Positions 50,128 through 59,983 of a stretch of 64,000 nt of DNA are shown here, one piece after another. Position 1 is the stretch's first letter, and each line of letters begins with the position of its first letter. Source of the DNA: an uncultured candidate division WWE3 bacterium (GTDB lineage: Bacteria > Patescibacteriota > WWE3 > UBA101185 > UBA10185); NCBI GenBank assembly GCA_963765125.1, contig CAVXUZ010000004.1, forward strand, positions 192,792-256,791. The letters are read 5' to 3'. Position numbers and translations under genes: made by a program. The notes below the pieces were generated by a model that was not told where the DNA came from, ran no database searches, and worked only from the letters and a program-made list of their open reading frames with translations.

Positions 50128-50538
50128 TCAGTCATTTGCAAAATATTCTTTTAGAATTATTGCAACTTCGTCTGAGAGTTTAGCTTTCTGATTTTTCAGA
50201 AAAAAGCCTACTTGAATATCGTCTCTTAAGGAGTCACTTTCTTTTGGTTTCAGAACGATCTGAGTTGCGGTTATCACGTTGTTTTCAGTAATCATCTCGA
50301 ACGGGAATTTGTGTTCTCCAAGATCATAACAATTAAAATCTCGAATACTTAGCTCATTTTCCCAAAAGTTTTCCATCAAGATAATGCCGGTGATAACCGA
50401 TTTTGCATCATCGTGGGTTAGCAAAGATTTGTTACCCTTTCCCAGAAAGATGAAAATATTTTTCAGCTCATAGTCAACGATGTAACTTACGTTTGGAACC
50501 CCAGCAAACGTTTCATTTACCCTTAGTTTTGTTAACAT
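50128..50538 (-). CDS. Hypothetical protein
   Basis: GGAGG RBS and downstream terminator. Confidence 0.5.
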   Translation of the reverse strand: MLTKLRVNETFAGVPNVSYIVDYELKNIFIFLGKGNKSLLTHDDAKSVITGIILMENFWENELSIRDFNCYDLGEHKFPFEMITENNVITATQIVLKPKESDSLRDDIQVGFFLKNQKAKLSDEVAIILKEYFAND

Positions 50539-50568
50539 AATCCCTCCGCTTCTGTTGATTTGACGAGA

Positions 50569-51258
50569 TTATATCATACAATCTGCGTTGGTGCTTACCT
50601 TCACAGCTGATTTTTTAATTAGACTTTCCCCTTGATTCTTTGGGCTATTCACATCTTTTGATACCACATACGCTTCGAGTTCGTCATCGGGGTAGGGAAC
50701 AAGTAAACTTATGAGTTTTTGAGTATCTTGCGAATCACCAACCCAAATGTCCTCATCTTTGCGATTTAAAATAACAGGCATGCGGTCATGGATTTCTGAA
50801 ATAAGTTTATTGGGCAAGGTGGTAATAATTGAAAAGGTTTTAAATTCTTTTTCTTCTGCGTCTTTCCAAATATCGTAAATGCCCGCAAACGAAAAAATCT
50901 CATTTGATTTCATATGAATGAGGTACGGCTCGTCTTTAGTTTTCCACTCATAAAACCCCGAGGCGGGAATCAAGCATCTGTATTTTTGGAATGATGATTT
51001 AAAGCTTGGTTTATGTGTGACAGTCTCTGCGCGTGTATTAATTAGTTTGTACCCGATTCTAGGGTCTTTTGCCCAGTGAGGAATTAGTCCCCATTTCATA
51101 AGTTCAATATTATTTTGTGTGACAACAGGAACCAAAGAACCTGGTGCGATGTTGTACATAGGGTCTAGCGGGAATTGTTTATCTGGTGTTGGAAGTTTAA
51201 TAGAAAATCTTTGATATATTCTTTTTGACTCTTCTGCGAGGTAGTATCTTCCACACAT
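50569..51258 (-). CDS. SRAP domain abasic-site protein (YedK/HMCES family)
   Basis: N-terminal MCGRY, WGLIP, GFYEW, IHDRMPVIL. Confidence 0.93.
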   Translation of the reverse strand: MCGRYYLAEESKRIYQRFSIKLPTPDKQFPLDPMYNIAPGSLVPVVTQNNIELMKWGLIPHWAKDPRIGYKLINTRAETVTHKPSFKSSFQKYRCLIPASGFYEWKTKDEPYLIHMKSNEIFSFAGIYDIWKDAEEKEFKTFSIITTLPNKLISEIHDRMPVILNRKDEDIWVGDSQDTQKLISLLVPYPDDELEAYVVSKDVNSPKNQGESLIKKSAVKVSTNADCMI

Positions 51259-51321
51259 ATCTATATTTTACTCGAAAAATAAGAAAGCTCCCTGCAAAAA
51301 TATTTATCAGGGAGCTTAAAA

Positions 51322-51741
51322 CTAATTAGCTGGCTTTGTCATGATTATTACGATATGCTGATCAAGCTTATATCCAGGGTACATCTCATAATCAAAATTA
51401 GTAACTTCTAATTCTGGGTGTTCAGCTTGCCACTCTTGAAACTTATTCATGGCTTCGACAACGCCACCGTAACTTTTGTCGAGGCGCAGATTTATAAACC
51501 AAACAGTTCCTGCACGGTACACCTCAAAGGTTTCGTTTGGGTTTGCCGGGTCAAAGTAGGTTGGATTACCGCCTAAAGTTTCGCTTTTCTCGTAGGCTTT
51601 TTCCAAAGTCCCGTCGTAAACCTGCATTGATCTCGTGCCAACAACTAGAAATACAAATATTATCAAAAGAACTAGAAGCACGCAGATTACCAGCCAGAAA
51701 GCAGTGCCTTTCGAGACTGGGTTTTTAGTCTCATTACTCAT
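51322..51741 (-). CDS. Single-TM hypothetical protein
   Basis: GGAGGAG RBS; terminator GCTCCCTG/CAGGGAGC. Confidence 0.55.
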   Translation of the reverse strand: MSNETKNPVSKGTAFWLVICVLLVLLIIFVFLVVGTRSMQVYDGTLEKAYEKSETLGGNPTYFDPANPNETFEVYRAGTVWFINLRLDKSYGGVVEAMNKFQEWQAEHPELEVTNFDYEMYPGYKLDQHIVIIMTKPAN

Positions 51742-51833
51742 TTTTATCTCCTCCTCAGAATGTGTTGTTTGGATTATAGGTTATGCGTGGTTTTTTATCA
51801 AATCAGAGGTTTTTCATCTAAGAAAGAAAATTA

Positions 51834-52098
51834 CTACTCCAAAGAAATGATTTGGAGGCCATATTTTTCAATGTCTTCTTTAGGCCAGAAAGTGTCGTCT
51901 AGCTTAAAATGCGCCACATATTTAATATTTTTCTTTAACTCGCGCCCAGTATATTTTCTCGTGATGGGATCCCACTCCTTAAGAAGTAGGGTATCACCCT
52001 CGCCGCAACTCCAGTCTGCGAGGCGAAGTTCATAATTTTTACGACCGTCGAGCAATCGCTTGAAATTACACAGGCCAAGCTTTTTTCTCTATTATCAT
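51834..52098 (-). pseudogene. ASCH/DUF3850-like protein, disrupted near the N-terminus
   Basis: MIIEKKAWPV* followed by a frameshift to LDGRKNYELRLAD...GDTLLLKEWDP...YTGR. Confidence 0.65.
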
Positions 52099-52167
52099 AG
52101 ACTAAGTATAGTCCTAAAGATGTGATTACGGTTTGATAATTGATAAGCCACGCTATAGACTTAAACC

Positions 52168-52527
52168 ATGGAAATAATTGTTAAACTTTTAAAAATAATT
52201 CTTCTTCTCATCGGAATCACAATTGGTCTTGCAATTCTAGTTGGTATGTACTTTCTTTACAAAGGAGTACAGTCAGGGGATTTAACGGGATACTTCAAAA
52301 AGACTGCGGTCGAAACGGTGATTGATAAGACCAATCTAAGTCCTACACAGCAGGAAATGTTGGAGTCTGGCGATGTTGATGGGCTAGTTCAAGATCTTCA
52401 AGAAAATGTAACACCAGAACAAATAGATTGTGCGGTTGGCGCAGTTGGGGAAGCTCGTGCTAAAGAACTAATGGTAACGCAAGACCCGTCTCCTCAAGAA
52501 TTACTTCTTCTGTCTAAGTGCCTTTAA
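52168..52527 (+). CDS. Single-TM hypothetical protein
   Basis: TM plus a small two-Cys domain. Confidence 0.6.
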   Translation: MEIIVKLLKIILLLIGITIGLAILVGMYFLYKGVQSGDLTGYFKKTAVETVIDKTNLSPTQQEMLESGDVDGLVQDLQENVTPEQIDCAVGAVGEARAKELMVTQDPSPQELLLLSKCL

Positions 52528-52605
52528 TAAATAAAGAAAAAGAAAAGACCCCTTAGTTTTGTACAAGGGGTCTTGTTAAGATTTTTTACATCCTGTCCTC
52601 CTAAT

Positions 52606-53010
52606 TCACATATAGAGAGCTCTCTTTTTATAGTCATCGATTTTTTTGATGAACTCGGTTTTTGCTGACTTCATCTCGATCATGGTCTTGTTGTAATCTT
52701 TGAGCAAAGATTTCACAAGTGCAATCGATAAAAAGAGAAATTCTCTTAGCTGGGTATCCCCAACATTTTTTGCAGACGCGGACATTTTAAATCTCCAATC
52801 CGGTATTCCATTTTCTGGCTCATTTTTTATGTATATATCAAGCCACAATTTACCAGAAATAGGAAAACAACGGGTGAAGTAGTCCAGAGCTTCTTTTATT
52901 AAAGAAGCGTACGTCCTTTCTGCTACGTTTTGGTTTAGAGATACAATATGCTCTAAACTCAGCTGTAGCGGCGTTCTTTCTCCAACCCCCACCATAATGA
53001 GTGGTTTCAT
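52606..53010 (-). CDS. Hypothetical protein
   Basis: GGAG RBS; terminator at 52543-52574. Confidence 0.5.
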   Translation of the reverse strand: MKPLIMVGVGERTPLQLSLEHIVSLNQNVAERTYASLIKEALDYFTRCFPISGKLWLDIYIKNEPENGIPDWRFKMSASAKNVGDTQLREFLFLSIALVKSLLKDYNKTMIEMKSAKTEFIKKIDDYKKRALYM

Positions 53011-53095
53011 GTTTATTCTCCGACCAACAATGTCAAAATCCTATAGTATTATAACCTATAGGTGGCATTGGTGCAACTTGTTGGTGGCGTTGTGG

Positions 53096-53551
53096 TTATA
53101 AGAAGGCATCCCAGAGGATGAGTTTGTACACTAGGTCGCAATCCTTCTCAATGTTTAGGTAAATTTGCCCTGCTATCTCACCATTTCTAATGTCTCCCAG
53201 GCTATACCAAACCACATCTATGATATCTTTGTCATTTGGATTAACCCAGAACAGCGATTCGTAGTCTTCTTTCCACTTGGTAAAGAATGTGTGGTCCTTA
53301 TTTTGCTCTTTTTCATGTTTCCAGCCAACAATGATTGGGGTGGTGTCTTTAAGAGCTTCTTCTAAGCTATCCAGCACCGACTGTTCAGCAAGAGTTTCTT
53401 CACTCAACTCTCTCATTAAGGTGTGCAGAATAGAGCGGTCGGTTTCTTCTCTTGCTCCTCCAGGAAGAATAAAAACCTGGTCAATATGCTTTTGTAGCAA
53501 AACCTCACCTCTCTCGTTAACAATTGCAAGACGCGCGTATTCAGTTCCCAT
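53096..53551 (-). CDS. NUDIX hydrolase
   Basis: LPGGAREETD...LMRELSEET. Confidence 0.8.
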   Translation of the reverse strand: MGTEYARLAIVNERGEVLLQKHIDQVFILPGGAREETDRSILHTLMRELSEETLAEQSVLDSLEEALKDTTPIIVGWKHEKEQNKDHTFFTKWKEDYESLFWVNPNDKDIIDVVWYSLGDIRNGEIAGQIYLNIEKDCDLVYKLILWDAFL

Positions 53552-53651
53552 AATTATCTCCTTTAGCTGATGTTGCTAGGGATTATACTACAATCACGGT
53601 TGATCTTCTTGCTACGAGGCTATTATTATTCGAAGTACTGTTCTTTAGGTC

Positions 53652-54377
53652 TTACTTTAAAATACCTCGGTTTTTATCAACAAGTTGAGAAAGCACTGAT
53701 GTAAAAAAGAAGAAAAAGCTCGTGCACCAAAACACAGAATATTGGGGGGTAAATTTTGGTCTAAACATAATGTACGCGCCGAGCATCAAAAACGTGTAAG
53801 CGTAAAGCTGAAGTTTCATAACCTTATCAAACTTTTTTTGCTCCTTGGTTTTGTATAGTCGTAGCGCTGTGTAGTATAAGATACTGAAGATTACGCCCAA
53901 AATTATTCCAAAATAAAGATTGGTTTTTGACGATAGCAACAAAAGAGGTGAAAAAATATTTAAACCCCCAAGTATTAACATCACCAACAAACCCCCTGAA
54001 TAGACAACAATATGCGATAACCAAAAATGAAAGTACTCAGCGTGTTCAAAAATATCAAACAAAGGGTCTTTTGCTTTTCTAATTTGAAAAGATTTTGTTA
54101 AGGAATGAATTACCAAAAAAGCATAAATCAAAAATAAAATAGTAGTGAGTACAGTATCAATAACAAACTTGTCTTCTTGCCCATAAACTCCGATATCGGC
54201 GTCTAGGCTATAAAAAACGATTGTTTTCAACCAAATTAACATCATCGGTGCCAGCACAAAGGCGTAAATGAATTGAATTAGATCCATTCTCAAAAGCTCT
54301 TTTCGGCCGTTAAACCTAAAGATAAAAAACCCCAACGCGAGAATTCCTATTGGCAATAGAGCTAGAAATATTTTCAT
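53652..54377 (-). CDS. Seven-TM hypothetical membrane protein
   Basis: Multiple TMs; EYFHFWLSH. Confidence 0.65.
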   Translation of the reverse strand: MKIFLALLPIGILALGFFIFRFNGRKELLRMDLIQFIYAFVLAPMMLIWLKTIVFYSLDADIGVYGQEDKFVIDTVLTTILFLIYAFLVIHSLTKSFQIRKAKDPLFDIFEHAEYFHFWLSHIVVYSGGLLVMLILGGLNIFSPLLLLSSKTNLYFGIILGVIFSILYYTALRLYKTKEQKKFDKVMKLQLYAYTFLMLGAYIMFRPKFTPQYSVFWCTSFFFFFTSVLSQLVDKNRGILK

Positions 54378-54480
54378 ACGGTTTAAATAATAGCAGAATG
54401 TTACTTGGTTTGGTGATGGGCAAGGTTATATACTGTAATTACCAGCATGCAATGGCTTTTGAAGTTAGCAGGGTAGATTT

Positions 54481-54960
54481 TTGCAAAAGTTAATTACACA
54501 GATGGATAAAGAAGCATCAATGGAGACTCTAAAAAAAATCAGAAATCTTTCACTCTTAATTTTTGTTATGTGTATGGCGCTGCTGCTTCATAGGTTATAT
54601 CGTTCTTCCAATGAGATACTATTAGAGTCGAGCATTCAGAACTACACAGCAATTGGTACCATCGCATTAATATCATTCGTCATTTTTGCTAGACAAGTTA
54701 ATAAAAACTCAAAAATTGAGGAGGGAATTCAAGTAGAAAAAAATAACCAACCAGATCCTACAGATATTATTCCTTTTTTTTCGCGCGATAACGTTATAGC
54801 AACACTAGACCACTTTTTTTCAACGTTATGGAAAACTCCAGGTGAACTTGAATACGCTCAATTATATAAAAAGTTAAGAAAAACCTTACTAGAGCTAGTT
54901 ATAGTGCTCTCTGTGGCTTTTATTATAATGATAATTTTTACATTCTGGCCTTCTTCTTAG
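54481..54960 (+). CDS. Three-TM hypothetical protein
   Basis: TM-TM-loop-TM; resembles 56251-56695. Confidence 0.55.
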   Translation: MQKLITQMDKEASMETLKKIRNLSLLIFVMCMALLLHRLYRSSNEILLESSIQNYTAIGTIALISFVIFARQVNKNSKIEEGIQVEKNNQPDPTDIIPFFSRDNVIATLDHFFSTLWKTPGELEYAQLYKKLRKTLLELVIVLSVAFIIMIIFTFWPSS

Positions 54961-55038
54961 AGCAAGTAGCACCGCGGAAGTGTGTTTGATATTGTTTGGC
55001 TTGGTGATGGGCAGAGGTATATACTATAAGTACATACT

Positions 55039-55350
55039 ATGAAAGGCTGTGCAGTACTCGCAATTTTACCGTTTTTTATCCCTATAGCTCTTGCAGCTGT
55101 CTTTATTATAAGGATTGTGCTTAAAGGTAAGGCAGAGGGTTGGAAGGGCAAAATAATAGATAAATCCCATAATTCAAAACGTGGTAGCTTCGAAGACAGC
55201 AAGAAGATTGAACATTTCTATACTTTCAAAGTCGAAATGGACAACGGTCAAACTAGAAACATTGCAGTATCCAGTCAGTTTTATGACGAATGCGAAATAG
55301 GGGATACTATAGAAAAGCCTAAAGGTGAACTCTTCCCGAAAAAAATATAA
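55039..55350 (+). CDS. Single-TM protein with small beta domain
   Basis: WKGKIIDK...IGDTIEKPKGE. Confidence 0.65.
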   Translation: MKGCAVLAILPFFIPIALAAVFIIRIVLKGKAEGWKGKIIDKSHNSKRGSFEDSKKIEHFYTFKVEMDNGQTRNIAVSSQFYDECEIGDTIEKPKGELFPKKI

Positions 55351-55400
55351 AAAAAAGAACCTCTCAATTTTGTTATGAAAGGTTCTTATGGTTGTAAAAC

Positions 55401-55694
55401 TTATTCTTCGACTTCGACAGGTTCGTCGCCGAGAATTTCCTTAAATACATATACCAACGTTTTCCAAGATTCTTTTGACATCTCGTTGTTAACGTAGGTG
55501 ATTATAAAAGGTTCGCCGCGCCTTCCGGTGAGACAAAACCCTCTCTCTGCGAGACCTCTTGATATTTTAGAAATATCGTCAGGCTCTGCGTCGCAGGTAA
55601 TGATCATCTGTGCCTTAGTACAATTCTTAAAAGCTTTTATTAAAATTCCTTTTAACTCAAAATCAGCACAAACCCTTTCTTTTTTTATCTTCAT
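55401..55694 (-). CDS. Hypothetical protein
   Basis: GGAGG RBS; terminator downstream. Confidence 0.5.
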   Translation of the reverse strand: MKIKKERVCADFELKGILIKAFKNCTKAQMIITCDAEPDDISKISRGLAERGFCLTGRRGEPFIITYVNNEMSKESWKTLVYVFKEILGDEPVEVEE

Positions 55695-55737
55695 TAGCTA
55701 CCTCCAGTCTAACGGTGTAATAAAACCTTTTAAGCTG

Positions 55738-56127
55738 TTACCCTGCGGCGGATAAGCCGGCTCTTTTCAACAGATCTTTATCGATAGGTTTTGTACTATC
55801 TGCGTAGTTGCTACCCTCGAGGTATTCAAACAACTCATCTTGAGAGTTGAGCTGATCAACAATCTTGGGGTTAACCTTTTCTGCTCCTACGATAACAATG
55901 TTGTTCCCTGGGAGGGGTTGGTAAGAGTACCAGTTTTTCCCGTCAAGTGAAAGAAAAGTACACAGCCCATGAATGCACGATCGCTTGTTGATAAACCTAA
56001 CGCGCCCATCAAGAAATCTGTTGGCTCCCTTTAGAGTTTGGTTCTCCTTTTCCAGCCGGGTTAGTTTGTACATCAGGTAAGCGCTCAGAACGGCTAAAAA
56101 TACTAAAACAACCAACAATACGTTCAT
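55738..56127 (-). CDS. Single-TM hypothetical protein
   Basis: AAGGAG RBS before MNVLL. Confidence 0.5.
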   Translation of the reverse strand: MNVLLVVLVFLAVLSAYLMYKLTRLEKENQTLKGANRFLDGRVRFINKRSCIHGLCTFLSLDGKNWYSYQPLPGNNIVIVGAEKVNPKIVDQLNSQDELFEYLEGSNYADSTKPIDKDLLKRAGLSAAG

Positions 56128-56250
56128 ATTATCTCCTTTACTGTTTGTGGTTGGGGTCAGTTTATAGTAATTATGGCCTATAGTCAACTTACGTTGTGGT
56201 TGGGGTTGCTAATGTGGAAAAAAAGACCGTGTGCTACCATAAATATTAGA

Positions 56251-56695
56251 ATGTATAGCAATATATCGAAAAAGACGTTTAAACAGATTCGAAACATCTC
56301 ATTAATAGCATGTATTGTTTCTGTCGCTATGCTGGTTAATTACATTTTTAACGATTCTACACATGCGCTTTCGCGTATCCAGGAATATGCTATGTACGTA
56401 ACATTTTCGTTTTTCTTGTATGTCATTTTTTCTAGACTTGTTAACTAAATACTCAAAGACTACAGACTACGAACAAGAAGATAAAGGCAAACAGGAGAAT
56501 TTTATTTCTGCTTCAAACGAAGGCGAATTACCAACTATCGACGATTTAGCAGCTTCATTGCGAATGAACCCCAGCCGATTTGAAGACATTCTTCATTTAC
56601 CTAAATATGTTAGAAAAATATTTCCTATTTTGCTTCTGCTGGTGTTTGTAATCTTTGTTCTTATGGTAGTAGTGTTATATATGTCCACACATTAA
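56251..56695 (+). pseudogene. Three-TM hypothetical protein split by a frameshift
   Basis: ORFs 56173-56448 and 56420-56695 join into the same topology as 54481-54960. Confidence 0.45.
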
Positions 56696-56798
56696 AATGC
56701 CGTTTGTTATATCAAAAATATTATATCTAATAAAATTGAGCAGAGTTGTTATTCTAAAGCAATAAATCCCAAAATCATAAACGTGTTAAACTGCCTTC

Positions 56799-57332
56799 AT
56801 GAAGAAAAATATACTAATCACCCTATTGCTAGTAGTAATTGTCTCTTTGCTTTTTGTTAAACAAAAGAACGCCCCAATCACCACACAAGACACCCCAACA
56901 ACACCGTCTGTACAAGAAGAACCAGAGTTGCAGAAGGCGAGTGAGGTAAGAACAGGTAAAAACTCAGTTTTTTTGAGTAATAAAGGTTTAGAAAAACTAC
57001 CTGCGGAAGTACTAGCTAACACCTCGATAGAGGAACTTGATATTTCATTTAACAATCTTACCGGAGCTTTACCGGCAGAAATTAGACACTTAAAGAACTT
57101 GAGGGTGCTAATTGCAGGAAATAATAAAATGACAGGTGTGCCTGCAGAGATGGGTCAGCTGAGTTCACTAGAATTTCTCGACCTCTCAAACAATGATTTA
57201 ACCGGTCTTCCCAACGAACTTGGTAACCTAAAAAATCTTAAAACGTTAAATCTTTCAGGTAACAACTATTCAGAGCAAGACCTAGAAGTTATTAAGCGAG
57301 GGCTTCCGTCTAGTACCCAGATTATTTTATAA
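56799..57332 (+). CDS. Membrane-anchored leucine-rich-repeat protein
   Basis: LDISFNNLTGALPAEI, LDLSNNDLTGLPNELGNL repeats. Confidence 0.9.
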   Translation: MKKNILITLLLVVIVSLLFVKQKNAPITTQDTPTTPSVQEEPELQKASEVRTGKNSVFLSNKGLEKLPAEVLANTSIEELDISFNNLTGALPAEIRHLKNLRVLIAGNNKMTGVPAEMGQLSSLEFLDLSNNDLTGLPNELGNLKNLKTLNLSGNNYSEQDLEVIKRGLPSSTQIIL

Positions 57333-57339
57333 GTGATAA

Positions 57340-58458
57340 TTAGTAGCTAATCTCGAGGATAGGTGAGTTGGCGCCCTCTTTAGAGGAGTATAGTGCGCCG
57401 TCACTACTTGTGTTTGTTATTCTAAAGCTATAAATCCCGTCTGTTTTTATAACCGAGGTTAAATCCACAGAATACCAAGTATTTTGTTTTACTGCGACAA
57501 AGGAGTTAACTGCCTTTTCTGCTGTTGGTGCATTTTTCCACGTTACCGTTGATTCACTCCAGTTGTTATTGGTAACCAATTTAAAATCTCCACCCTTTGG
57601 CGATTTATCGACCGAATACATTTTTAATATTGCGCTTTTAACTTTGTTTGCCCCAACACCTTTAACATTAAACTTAACTAAGAAATTCTTTTCAATGTTT
57701 GTGTCTACTGCAAGGCTTGTTGTTTTACCATAATTTTTACCCCTATCCACCCATTGTCCGACTATGGTTGCGTCATCAGTAGGTTTAAAGGTAAGTTTTG
57801 GTGTTACCACCGGCGGTGTAACGATAGGATTTACAGACAGCGCAATGCCCGAGCTTATATTTTGTAATAGCAATGATTTACTACTCACAATTTTTGTTTT
57901 TGGGCTGTCAACTTGTATCGATGAGGTAATGCCTTTTTGAGTTGTATTTGGTGTGAACTCTATCGCACCCAACTGAAAGTTTCCGCTGGGTGGGTTTGTT
58001 GCATTAGTTGGATCTACAGCCGTCGCAATAACAATCCTTCCAGTATTGTTGGCTTCAACCATAGGTGTTTTATACACAATTCTCTTCAACGATGTTTCGG
58101 TGACCGCAACCTCTCTAACCAACTTAATCTGCGATGTATTAAAAGTAATTTCTGTATGAACAAAATTTATCGGGTCTCCTGCGTTTACCCATACCTGAAT
58201 TGTTCTATTTGGCGGCAGTATTGTACTGCTTGATGATAAATAGATTCCTGCCTGACCTGAAGTAACCGATGTAATACCTTCTACATCTTTTGTTTGTGCA
58301 GAGTGTGGGGTGTTTCTTATACTTCTATAACTAGCAAATATCGAAATAACTAGTGTTAGAATAGCAAGCGCAGCCGTGATTAATAATAGAAGAGTTTTAA
58401 ATTTCTTTCCATTGTCCACCAGCCCTGCATAATTATTTTCTTTTTTATTATTTTCCAT
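57340..58458 (-). CDS. Membrane-anchored cohesin-like + DNRLRE (CBM96-like) domain protein
   Basis: TM; beta-sandwich TIQVWVNAG...ITFN...LGAIEF; DDATI...LVKFNV...WSESTVTWKNAP...SKEG. Confidence 0.6.
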   Translation of the reverse strand: MENNKKENNYAGLVDNGKKFKTLLLLITAALAILTLVISIFASYRSIRNTPHSAQTKDVEGITSVTSGQAGIYLSSSSTILPPNRTIQVWVNAGDPINFVHTEITFNTSQIKLVREVAVTETSLKRIVYKTPMVEANNTGRIVIATAVDPTNATNPPSGNFQLGAIEFTPNTTQKGITSSIQVDSPKTKIVSSKSLLLQNISSGIALSVNPIVTPPVVTPKLTFKPTDDATIVGQWVDRGKNYGKTTSLAVDTNIEKNFLVKFNVKGVGANKVKSAILKMYSVDKSPKGGDFKLVTNNNWSESTVTWKNAPTAEKAVNSFVAVKQNTWYSVDLTSVIKTDGIYSFRITNTSSDGALYSSKEGANSPILEISY

Positions 58459-59983
58459 AGTTATTTAACCAAAGTGAATAATCAACGCCATCGACTATTC
58501 CATTTCCATTAAAATCTCCGTCCGAGGCTTTTCCGGTTACATTTTTATTATAGTTAGAGAACCAAGCATTGTAGTCAGTTTCGTTCACCGCGTTGTCGTT
58601 GTTGCTATCACCTATTTTAGGGGTAACTACTATAGGAGGTACTGTGGGGTCAGTCGACGATGGGCTGCCTTGATATTCAAAGGCGCCCAAGTCAGGTGCT
58701 GCGCCGCCGTAGGGCACACTTTTATTGTCAAAATCACTTGCCCAATTAAGATTTAAACCTTTGTTTATCGCCGGGCTTGTTGATTGAAGATGAAAATCTT
58801 TTGTACCTAGATTTGTAAAAAGAGGATCTTTACTGGTAATTTCTGAGCTGTTGGCGAATGAACTGCTCATAGTTGCACTGCCAATCATATAGTAAAGATT
58901 ATTTGAGTGTGTAAATCCAAGTTGATTTGATGAGCCAAAATTCACCGCAGAGTAAAGAATATTATTTTTAAACGAAATTGCTTGTGGTGTTGCCGGGCAC
59001 CATATCCAAAATATTTGTTTACCAGAGTTTGTTGGCTCAACAATTGTATTGTTTTCAATTCGCATATTATTTACCTTTGCCGCAAAACCAGAGGTGCATG
59101 AAGTTGCATCGTATAAATGAACGCTAACAAATTTTCTATTGTTGTAAGAAACGTTGTAGGCAATAGTATTGTTATCCATCGTTTGTGGTCCGCGGCTTCC
59201 AACCTCAATAAACCCATCGTTACCCTCTCCATAGTTATGGTGAATGTAGTTACCGCTAACGCTGTTTGATGTACTATAAAACTCGATTGTACCACCGTCA
59301 AAGCCGTAATCGTAACTCGCTGCTTTGGCGTTAACAATTCTATTGTACGAAATTTCATTATTGTTGTTTCTAATGATAATACCTGTTGCACCCCAGTCGT
59401 CGTCTCCGCCAACTGTGTTAACAACCATTTTTAAATCATGAAAATGATTGTTGGTAATTAGATTGTCTGTGCCCCTAATCTCTACACCTTGGCCAGATGC
59501 AAACGCCTCTACATCTCTAACAGTATTGTGATGCGAACCGGCGTCAATATAAACTGCAGCCAAAACCGCGTCTTTGAGAGCTAAGTTTTCAACAATGACG
59601 TACGCTGATGATGGAGTAAGAGAGACAGCTTTACAGCTCCATAGACTAGATTGAGCACAGCTAGAGTAACTAATTACAGGTTTAGCGTTTGAGTCTGGTC
59701 CATACGCGCCGTAGGTGATTGGGTTAGTTTGTGTGCCGGACTTTGTTATATTGATTTGGCCGGTCCAAGAGTCGCCTCGTTTAAATAAAATCTTATCTCC
59801 GGGTTGAAAAGCAAACCCGTTAATTTTTGTGAGTGACGCCCAAGAATTAGTTTCAGTAGTGCCAGAGTTGGCGTCATTACCTGAATTAGAGACGAAATAA
59901 CTCGCAGCGAAGGATTTGCCGTGTGTAAGGCACAGAAAAGAAATAAGAGTGGTACAAAAGAGTAAACTCTTCAGTTTGTACAT
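58448..59983 (-). CDS. Secreted parallel beta-helix (polysaccharide lyase-like) protein with C-terminal dockerin-like EF-hand pair
   Basis: YFVSNSGNDANSG, PGDKILFKRG, NN-rich beta-helix, DFHLQSTSPAINKG...PDLGAFE, GDSNNDNAVNETDY...GDFNGNGIVDGVDY. Confidence 0.75.
   Translation of the reverse strand: MYKLKSLLFCTTLISFLCLTHGKSFAASYFVSNSGNDANSGTTETNSWASLTKINGFAFQPGDKILFKRGDSWTGQINITKSGTQTNPITYGAYGPDSNAKPVISYSSCAQSSLWSCKAVSLTPSSAYVIVENLALKDAVLAAVYIDAGSHHNTVRDVEAFASGQGVEIRGTDNLITNNHFHDLKMVVNTVGGDDDWGATGIIIRNNNNEISYNRIVNAKAASYDYGFDGGTIEFYSTSNSVSGNYIHHNYGEGNDGFIEVGSRGPQTMDNNTIAYNVSYNNRKFVSVHLYDATSCTSGFAAKVNNMRIENNTIVEPTNSGKQIFWIWCPATPQAISFKNNILYSAVNFGSSNQLGFTHSNNLYYMIGSATMSSSFANSSEITSKDPLFTNLGTKDFHLQSTSPAINKGLNLNWASDFDNKSVPYGGAAPDLGAFEYQGSPSSTDPTVPPIVVTPKIGDSNNDNAVNETDYNAWFSNYNKNVTGKASDGDFNGNGIVDGVDYSLWLNNYGK

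Noticed and set aside
50000-57330. Classical integron cassette array
   Set aside because: Genes alternate in orientation; no intI and no clear RYYYAAC...GTTRRRY attC sites identified
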